The notes under the pieces were generated by a model that was not told the DNA's origin, ran no database searches, and saw nothing but the letters and a program-made list of their open reading frames with translations. Source: Thraustochytrium aureum (lineage: Eukaryota). Taken from it: DNA of 34,738 nucleotides. Made by a program: the position numbers and the translations under genes. The DNA is taken from assembly GCA_012862495.1 (NCBI GenBank), contig BLSG01000233.1, positions 80,638 to 115,375 of the forward strand, read 5' to 3'. Shown one piece after another: positions 29,638 through 34,738 of this stretch (position 1 is the stretch's first letter; each line of letters begins with the position of its first letter).

Positions 29638-31335
29638 TTATACATGCGGCGGAGCGGGGCCGGAGATTCGCCCGCTGGCGGCTGTCGCGCGAGCGAATTC
29701 GCCCACGGCAAGACGCCTTGCGCTATTGTTCAGTATCTCCCGCGAGGCTTCAAAGGCGCTTCGCGCTCGCTCGGCGCCGCGCCCTTCCGGCTCGTAGTAG
29801 CGCTTGCGGAAGCGCGCATACGAGCAGAGAAACTTGACCACACCGCGGAGCAGTCGACGCACGCGCTCACGGCGGAGGCAAAAGTTGCGCTGCAGGTGGC
29901 CCTCAATCTCGGGAAGCTGGCGTATCACGTCGCTGGGCCAGTTGACGCCGATCGACCGCATCATCCGCGACAGCACCAGCGTGTGCAGCGTCCTGTTCAA
30001 CCGCATCGCGCAAACCAAAGTCGACGCGCCAAAGATCGAGATGGAGTGGTTGCGCAGGTCCAACGAGAGCAATGTGCGGTTTACCTCGAGCATCGACCCA
30101 AGGTGCAGCACAAAGTCGTCGTCAATCGCGTTAAAGCCCAGCCCGAGACGCGTCAGTGTCACGTTTCGCACGAGCGCTGCGGCCAAGTCGGAAGCGCCAT
30201 GGGCCCCGATCCCGTTTTCCGAGAGGTCCAGCTCGACGAGGGCGCAGCGGGAGTCTGGCCAGAGCGCCCCCGCTAGCGCCGTCACGCCCACGTCGCCAAC
30301 CTTGTTGTTCGACAGGTTGAGCGAGGCGAGCGTGCTGTTCTCGCGGAGGGCCGCCGCAAAGTCGACAGCGCCGGCGGCCGCGATACCCGTTTCGCGAAGC
30401 ACGAGTTGCTTGAGGCAGCTGTTGGTGCGAAGGAACGGGGCGAGCAGGCTCAAGCCCAGGTCGCCCAGCGCATTCCCGGTCAGGTCGAGCTCGACGAGGG
30501 TAGCGTTCAGGGCCAGCCCGATCCCCAGCTCCTCCACCCCGGCGCTGGTGAGGCGATTTCTGTCGAGGCTCAGCGCCTCAAGAGCGCAGCTCGAGGAGCT
30601 CAAGAGTCTACCAAGCGCCGCAGCGCCGCCGTCGCCGATCTTGTTGCCGCCCAAGTTGATGCGCTTGAGCGAGGTGTTGCGCCTGAGCGCGTCTGCAATG
30701 TCGGCCGCGCCCCGGTCGCCAATTTGGCCCACGCTGAGCACGTGCACGCCGTGCCCATGCAGGTCGATCTCCTCGAGCGTGCTGTTGGCCTCGAGTCCGC
30801 AAACGAGGTGCGACACGCCGTCGTCCGTGGCGACGTGCCCGGCGAGGATGAGGTGCTGCAGCGAAGCGTTGCCTTTGAGCGCGTTCGAGAGGTCGCGCAG
30901 AGCCGAGTCTGTGACATCGTTGACGCTCAAGTCAAGGTACTTGAGAGTCCTGTTCATGCGCAGCGCGCAAGCGACCGCAAAGACCCCGAGCGGTCCTAGT
31001 TCGTTGGAGGCGAGGTTGAGGCGCTCAAGCACGCAGTTGGCCTCCAGCAAGCGAACGATGGCGTCGCAGCCGCGAAACGAAATGCGATTGCACGAGAGGT
31101 CCAGCGAGTTGACGCGGTCATTCTTGAACAGCGCGATGCACAGCTGCTGCGCCGCGTTGTCATCCACAAAGTCCCTCACCAGAGCAACATTGCGCTTCCC
31201 GCTCACGATATCCCTGAGCGCCACTTGGAGCTTGGGCTCTTTCCTGTCCGGCATCGCCTTCCTGCGCCTCTCCTCGCGCAGCGCATTCTCCCGGTCGCGC
31301 TCCGTCCCGCGGCTCCCAGACGCCGCGCAGCCCAT
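29638..31335 (-). CDS. Ribonuclease-inhibitor-like (NLRC3-like) leucine-rich repeat protein, 565 aa
   Basis: ATG 31335 starts MGCAASGS. About 14 repeats of roughly 28 aa match N.TL..L.L..N.IG..GA..LA.AL. The stop is TAA at 29638-29640. Confidence 0.88.
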   Translation of the reverse strand: MGCAASGSRGTERDRENALREERRRKAMPDRKEPKLQVALRDIVSGKRNVALVRDFVDDNAAQQLCIALFKNDRVNSLDLSCNRISFRGCDAIVRLLEANCVLERLNLASNELGPLGVFAVACALRMNRTLKYLDLSVNDVTDSALRDLSNALKGNASLQHLILAGHVATDDGVSHLVCGLEANSTLEEIDLHGHGVHVLSVGQIGDRGAADIADALRRNTSLKRINLGGNKIGDGGAAALGRLLSSSSCALEALSLDRNRLTSAGVEELGIGLALNATLVELDLTGNALGDLGLSLLAPFLRTNSCLKQLVLRETGIAAAGAVDFAAALRENSTLASLNLSNNKVGDVGVTALAGALWPDSRCALVELDLSENGIGAHGASDLAAALVRNVTLTRLGLGFNAIDDDFVLHLGSMLEVNRTLLSLDLRNHSISIFGASTLVCAMRLNRTLHTLVLSRMMRSIGVNWPSDVIRQLPEIEGHLQRNFCLRRERVRRLLRGVVKFLCSYARFRKRYYEPEGRGAERARSAFEASREILNNSARRLAVGEFARATAASGRISGPAPPHV

Positions 31336-32880
31336 CTCACGCCCAGCAGCGCGGCCAGCAGCGCGGCCAGGTCCACCAGCCGGCAGCTCTTCCACTTCGC
31401 GCTCGCTCTCCTCCGGCCCGCGCGACGACCGGTGCCTGGCATCCGTTCTGCTCTGCTCGTTCGGGCTGTCTCGCAAGCAAACAATTCCATTGATGATGCG
31501 AGCAACGGTTTTGCACGTGTCAAAAGAGCAAGAGCAGACCATGATGGATGGGACCTTCAACAGACTCGCTTCGATGGCATCGTGCAGACCCTCTGNNNNN
31601 NNNNNNNNNNNNNNNNNNNNNNNNNNNNNNNNNNNNNNNNNNNNNNNNNNNNNNNNNNNNNNNNNNNNNNNNNNNNNNNNNNNNNNNNNNNNNNNNNNNN
31701 NNNNNNNNNNNNNNNNNNNNNNNNNNNNNNNNNNNNNNNNNNNNNNNNNNNNNNNNNNNNNNNNNNNNNNNNNNNNNNNNNNNNNNNNNNNNNNNNNNNN
31801 NNNNNNNNNNNNNNNNNNNNNNNNNNNNNNNNNNNNNNNNNNNNNNNNNNNNNNNNNNNNNNNNNNNNNNNNNNNNNNNNNNNNNNNNNNNNNNNNNNNN
31901 NNNNNNNNNNNNNNNNNNNNNNNNNNNNNNNNNNNNNNNNNNNNNNNNNNNNNNNNNNNNNNNNNNNNNNNNNNNNNNNNNNNNNNNNNNNNNNNNNNNN
32001 NNNNNNNNNNNNNNNNNNNNNNNNNNNNNNNNNNNNNNNNNNNNNNNNNNNNNNNNNNNNNNNNNNNNNNNNNNNNNNNNNNNNNNNNNNNNNNNNNNNN
32101 NNNNNNNNNNNNNNNNNNNNNNNNNNNNNNNNNNNNNNNNNNNNNNNNNNNNNNNNNNNNNNNNNNNNNNNNNNNNNNNNNNNNNNNNNNNNNNNNNNNN
32201 NNNNNNNGTGGTCTGCCCGCTCGCGCGCAAGGTCCTCTCGTCCGCAAACTCGGGCAACCTGGACGCAGAGGAGCGGGATGTGGAGTATACTAGGATGGTT
32301 GTGTAGAGCAGCCCAGACGCGTGCCTCTCTCCGCCCGCACGAGTGAGCGAGCGCGCGCTTCGCCGAGAGGGCAGCGCCGCTCGCGAGTCAGTCGTCCGTC
32401 GCGCACGCTCTCAGGGCGCGAGAGAAGCCAGCTGCGAGGCCCTTCGAAGCGCTCTGGCAACTCTGGGTCAAGTCTCGCTCCTGTTCGGCCAGCCCACTGC
32501 GCCGCACTGCGCACCAGCCTCGGAGCGGGCCAGAGGAGCCGCACTGTTCGCTCGCACAATCGCAGCGGCTCGCGCAGAGAGAGGCTCCACGGTGACCCTT
32601 GACGGCGCTGCGAGCGGCAAACGTTGCGCCACTCTGCCACTGGGCCATCTTCGCTCACACCTGCGGCGCGCACACCCACCGTCACGCGGATGTTAAGGCG
32701 CCGCGCACCTCAGCGGGCGCCAGTGCCCCGGAGCGGCCCTGCGAGCGAGCCGCGCGACAGCATAAGCAAGGAAAGTCGGCCTCGAGGCAAGGTGGCAGCG
32801 GGCGGCACGTGCTCTTTAAAGGCCGGCCCAGCAGCGCGCGAGCATTTTGCGGTGAACAGCGAGCGAGCGAGCAGGCGAGG

Positions 32881-33665
32881 ATGGCCGAGAAGGAGGCCGA
32901 GCTGGCGGAGCTGGCGGAGCTGGCGGAGCCGGCGGAGCCGGCGCCGGGCAGGCAGGCGCTGCACACGGTGTTCAGCATCGGCGGCGTGCTAGTGCTGATC
33001 ACGGATGTCCCGCTGAGCAGGCTGCACAGCGCGCGGCGGACGGGACGCTCGTGCTCCCGCTCAAGCACGTGAAGAAGGCGATGCTCAAGCAAGGGCCTGC
33101 CGTCCGCGTCAGGCGCGAGGGCGGCGCGCCGGCTGAAGCGCAGTTTAGGTGGACCTGCCCTGAGTACCACGAGTGCGCTGTCGCGTACCAGACGTTCGAG
33201 TGGACCGACCTCGGCAAGGCGGCAACGGACGCAAAGCTGAGCGAACGGGCGCTCTTCCTTTTCCCTGACGTTGTCTTCGCGAGCGCCGAGGACGCCCTGC
33301 GGGAGGTCATCCGGGCGGCGCCGCAGAAATCGATTCCGGGCTGCTTTGAGCAGCGCGGCGCCGCCACCCTGGTTCGTGCAAGGGCCGTGTTCAGCGACGA
33401 TGAGAGGGCCTCATCGCTGTGGCCGGGGATCTACGAGAGCGCCGGCGACGTGCTCGCTGTCGTCGTCGACTGCGTGTCGAGTGCTAGGGAGGAAGAGGCG
33501 AACGAGGCGCTGATCCGCGCCGCGTCGCAGCACCTCTTCGGCGTAGACCAGCGGCTAGTCTCGCTCAGCTTGCACGGACCGGCCGACTCTCAAGGCCTCG
33601 TCGTGCTTGGCTCAAGCTGCATCAAGTTGCACTTGGCAGCAGAGCGGGCGATGGCGAAGCGCTGA
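32881..33665 (+). CDS. Hypothetical protein (about 260 aa); probable frameshift at CCC 33009-33011
   Basis: ATG 32881 (MAEKEAELAELAELAEPAEPAP, a 9-bp repeat) joins the 33051-33665 frame if one C is added (LITDVPAEQAAQRAADGTLVLPLK). Composition is protein-like but I recognised no family. Confidence 0.5.
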
Positions 33666-33901
33666 GCGGGCGATGGCGGACCTCGCTGCTCGCTGCTCGA
33701 GTGTGTGCCCGTACCATACCGTTAATGCCCTCTAGCTAGAGCCTGCTCGGTCTCTGCCTGCGCTACAGAGGCACGGCAGAGCCGCGATGGAGAATATAGT
33801 TGAAAAAAAAGGCACAATCTTCGTTCGCTTTCCCACGCTGCGGTAGCGCTCCCGCGCCAGGCACTCAAAGTGCGCGACCAGCTCCTGCCCAGCGCGGCGC
33901 T

Positions 33902-34738
33902 CTAGCCAGCCATCATCTCGGCTTCGAGCTCGGCAAGCGCCGCGTCGTCGTCCGAGAGCGCGACAGCGGGCTTGTGCGTCGGGGCCGCAGGCAGCCTGTC
34001 GACGGCAGTCGGCTGCTTGGCCGTCGGCACGGATGGCAGGCTGTTGAGCTCCTCCTCCAGTCCGCTCGCCTCCACTGCAGCAATCGTTGCGCACGGGAAA
34101 CCCCGATCGAGCGTTAGCAGAGAGCCCGCAAGCGCTGCACAAGCTGCTTCTCCACTTACGTTCGGCGAGCTCGTCCTCGAGCTCTGTCTCGTCCAGGTCG
34201 TTGCCCAGCGGCGTGGCAATGGCCTCGTCAATCTCATTTTGCTGGGCATGCAGCTCGGCAATGTCATCCTGCAGGTCAGCCACGTCCTCCACGTTGATCC
34301 CCTGCTGCACGGTCTGCATCGCCTGCTTGCCCTGCTTCATCGCGTCGACAATGTCGCGCGTGACCGAGCTCGACTCGATCGTGAGCACCTGCTGCTCGAG
34401 CGTCATGATGCCGTTGCCGACTTTTTCGACCTCCTTCTCGAGCATCTTTTTACGCTTGAGGTGCACGAGGGCGCCCTTCTTGTCGCCTTTTTTCGACTTG
34501 GCCTTGGCCTGCGCGAGCTCGTTGTCCATGCGCTTCTCTAGGTGGGCACGCCTGTCGCGGCGCGTCGGCGGCGCAGTTGCGCGGTTTTACAGTCAGCCCC
34601 GCCCCCTCCGCTGCGACCGCCCCGAGCAGAGCCGCCCACCAGCACCCGGCCCGCGCGCTTACCTCTGTTCAAGCCTGGCGACGGTCTGCTTGATCTGCGC
34701 CGCCTGGTCCACCGTGCGCGACACCGCCGGCTGCTTTG
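33902..34738 (-). CDS. SNF7: ESCRT-III Snf7/Vps32/CHMP4; 5' partial, exons >34738-34663, 34551-34160, 34074-33902
   Basis: Spliced product reads RLEQRRAHLEKRMDNELAQAK...KKGALVHLKRKKMLEKE...TLEQQVLTIES...DLDETELEDELAELEASGLEEEL...LPSVP...DDDAALAELEAEM. Confidence 0.92.
34075..34159 (-). other. Spliceosomal intron in Snf7 (85 nt)
   Basis: Donor GTAAGT, branch TGCTAAC, acceptor TGCAG. Phase 1 (C|TG = Leu). Confidence 0.85.
34552..34662 (-). other. Spliceosomal intron in Snf7 (111 nt)
   Basis: Donor GTAAGC, branch GCTGAC, acceptor ACAG. Phase 2 (AG|G = Arg). Confidence 0.85.

Noticed and set aside
29804..31594. Long Ser/Arg/Ala-rich plus-strand ORF, and similar antisense ORFs over AlaRS, GPC1 and the EF-hand gene
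   Set aside because: These are shadows caused by high GC3 codon bias on the true coding strand.

Overview
This is a GC-rich, gene-dense eukaryotic nuclear scaffold from a draft assembly with 8 N-gaps. It is probably from a protist; a stramenopile/labyrinthulomycete source is an inference only. Four short GT-AG introns (85-112 nt) with CTRAC-type branch points can be read directly. Many genes carry single-base frameshifts, mostly at short homopolymers and most likely sequencing errors. About 15 protein genes are supported, in order: a DUF1764 protein, an ACP6-like histidine acid phosphatase (3 exons), an unusual protein pairing a CDCA7/WDR76-like N-terminal helix with an EVE/PUA-like domain, OLA1/YchF, a coiled-coil Q/P-rich protein, GRASP55/65, a large protein with two HU-CCDC81-like domains and three calcyphosin-like EF-hand modules, a Frag1/DRAM/Sfk1 membrane protein, a membrane-anchored V8-like serine protease, alanyl-tRNA synthetase, a GABA-B-like class C GPCR, GPC1 acyltransferase, an acylated RNI-like LRR protein, an orphan ORF and Snf7/CHMP4. 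I recognised no rRNA, tRNA, CRISPR array or transposon. The most intriguing items are the putative remodeler-adaptor/modified-base reader (3682-4761), an array of CGTCA-N14/15-TGACG dyads (69-455) and the HU-CCDC81/triple-calcyphosin fusion. All family calls come from motif recognition by eye, not from database searches.
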